The notes under the pieces were generated by a model. It was not told where the DNA came from, did no database searches, and was given only the letters and a program-made list of their open reading frames with translations. This document shows, piece after piece, positions 63,128-64,000 of a stretch of 64,000 nucleotides of DNA (the stretch's first letter is position 1; every line of letters starts with the position of its first letter). The stretch comes from Patescibacteria group bacterium (GTDB lineage Bacteria; Patescibacteriota; Microgenomatia; UBA1400; PJMF01). The stretch is from assembly GCA_045541795.1 (NCBI GenBank), contig JAZQJV010000018.1:37857-101856 (forward strand). The letters are read 5' to 3'. The position numbers and the translations under genes were made by a program.

Positions 63128-63995
63128 CAGTATCTTGCAGCGTAGCTAAATCAATCTGTCGGATTTTGTGATCAATCGGCACTTCATCTGCGGCCTCCGC
63201 TGTCACATTCGGCTCAACTTCCGATTGAGACACGGGCTTTGCATGCGGTTTTTCTGGTTTGGCTGTCTGCTCTTCCCGACGCTCAGCTGCTGGTTTTTCT
63301 TCTGGCGGCATTTTTACTTTGTTTTTTTTGCCGGTATCTTTTACAAGTTTGCCGTGCTGGAATTTTAGCTCTCGCGCGCCCGGCACTTGTGAGATGAGGC
63401 TAAGGTCATGAGTTGTCATGATCACCGTAGTGCCATAACTGTTGACGCTGGCGAGTAATTTGAGCATGTCGCTGGCATTTTGCGCATCAAGGTTGCCGGT
63501 GGGCTCATCGGCAAAAATCACTTCTGGCGCCGTCACTAGTGCCCGTGCCAGTCCCACCCGCTGGGCTTCGCCCCCAGAAAGCTGTGACGGGAAGACTTTT
63601 TCGTAGCCTTCCAACCCCAAAAGTGTCAGTAACTCTTCGATCCGATTTTGGATTTCTTTTTTCTTTTCGTGCGCAATCAAAAGTGGTAAGGCAATATTTT
63701 CTTGGACGTTGAGTTCGTCAATCAAACGATAGTCTTGGAAAACAACGCCCACCTTGCGCCGGTGCTTAGCCACTTTGCCTCGTGATAGTCGGCGCAGATT
63801 TTTGTGATCAAAGTAAACGGAGCCGGCGGTCGGTTGCAACTCCCGCAGTAGCAAACGCAAAAGTGTAGTCTTGCCACAGCCAGAATGCCCCGTGACGAAG
63901 ACAAATTCACCATCATCAATGTCAAAAGAAACATCATCCAAAGCGATTTTCTCACCGCGGCAAAAATTCTTGCTCACTTGATCAAATTTAATCAT
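63090..63995 (-). CDS. ftsE: Cell-division ABC ATPase FtsE with a ~80-aa low-complexity C-terminal extension
   Basis: [25 protein letters not shown] (Walker A), [15 protein letters not shown] and [11 protein letters not shown] are present. The C-terminal ~80 aa are K/E/P-rich and presumably disordered. Confidence 0.85.
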   Translation of the reverse strand: MIKFDQVSKNFCRGEKIALDDVSFDIDDGEFVFVTGHSGCGKTTLLRLLLRELQPTAGSVYFDHKNLRRLSRGKVAKHRRKVGVVFQDYRLIDELNVQENIALPLLIAHEKKKEIQNRIEELLTLLGLEGYEKVFPSQLSGGEAQRVGLARALVTAPEVIFADEPTGNLDAQNASDMLKLLASVNSYGTTVIMTTHDLSLISQVPGARELKFQHGKLVKDTGKKNKVKMPPEEKPAAERREEQTAKPEKPHAKPVSQSEVEPNVTAEAADEVPIDHKIRQIDLATLQDTDDVTPDQEGQHE

Positions 63996-64000
63996 ATACT

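Noticed and set aside
1-64000. Prophage, integrative element or IS content
   Set aside because: No integrase, transposase, terminase, capsid or tail genes are recognisable. Only the truncated RhuM-like remnant and the repeat family hint at past mobile DNA.

Overview
The window is a gene-dense, standard-code chromosomal segment of about 50% GC. No integrase, transposase, phage structural gene or CRISPR array is visible. The gene content points to a monoderm, reduced-genome bacterium: an LPXTG-anchored protein, a SpoIID-type hydrolase, an ftsE-ftsX operon followed by a hydrolase with the architecture of PcsB (the streptococcal coiled-coil plus CHAP-peptidase hydrolase activated by FtsEX), many apparently leaderless genes behind TGnTATAAT extended -10 promoters, and extracellular proteins anchored by two-TM helix hairpins. 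This fits a Patescibacteria/Saccharibacteria-like organism, which is inference only.

Recognisable housekeeping genes are:
- a class-II UvrA paralog;
- a partial methylerythritol-phosphate (MEP) isoprenoid operon, ispH-ispF-ispE-ispG;
- mscL and lepB;
- an orphan sensor histidine kinase;
- an arginase-family enzyme and an alpha-glucan phosphorylase;
- an MFP+RND efflux pair;
- GAPDH, enolase and iPGM;
- recJ, a UvrD/AddA-like helicase-nuclease, and a NUDIX hydrolase;
- tRNA-Ser;
- a TagGH-type ABC exporter next to a large glycosylation locus (two GT2 polyprenyl-phosphate sugar synthase-like genes, two GT-C membrane transferases, gmd, an SDR reductase and a nucleotide-sugar dehydrogenase).

The accessory or unusual content is:
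1. Two adjacent, divergent cysteine-rich secreted paralogs whose last ~123 aa are identical (about 97% nt identity with only synonymous changes) and form a two-TM hairpin resembling T4SS VirB2/TrbC-type pilins. They are followed by a Lon-like AAA+ ATPase that has neither the N-domain nor the protease domain.
2. A 1711-aa bacterial alpha-2-macroglobulin homolog with an intact CxEQ thioester motif and a C-terminal TM anchor.
3. A 372-aa glycine-rich secreted protein.
4. A stand-alone ABC/AAA_21-type ATPase abutting ispH.
5. A modular, roughly 100-160 bp intergenic repeat family: a ttattcggtaa-rich module, a near-perfect 20-bp palindrome ATTTATTGTGTACAATAAAT, and a conserved-stem terminator hairpin. 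It occurs at six or more gene 3' ends. One inverted pair flanks the 4.3-kb mscL-lepB-kinase segment.
6. A truncated RhuM-family gene.

Coordinates of non-CDS features are hand-counted and may be off by 1-2 nt.
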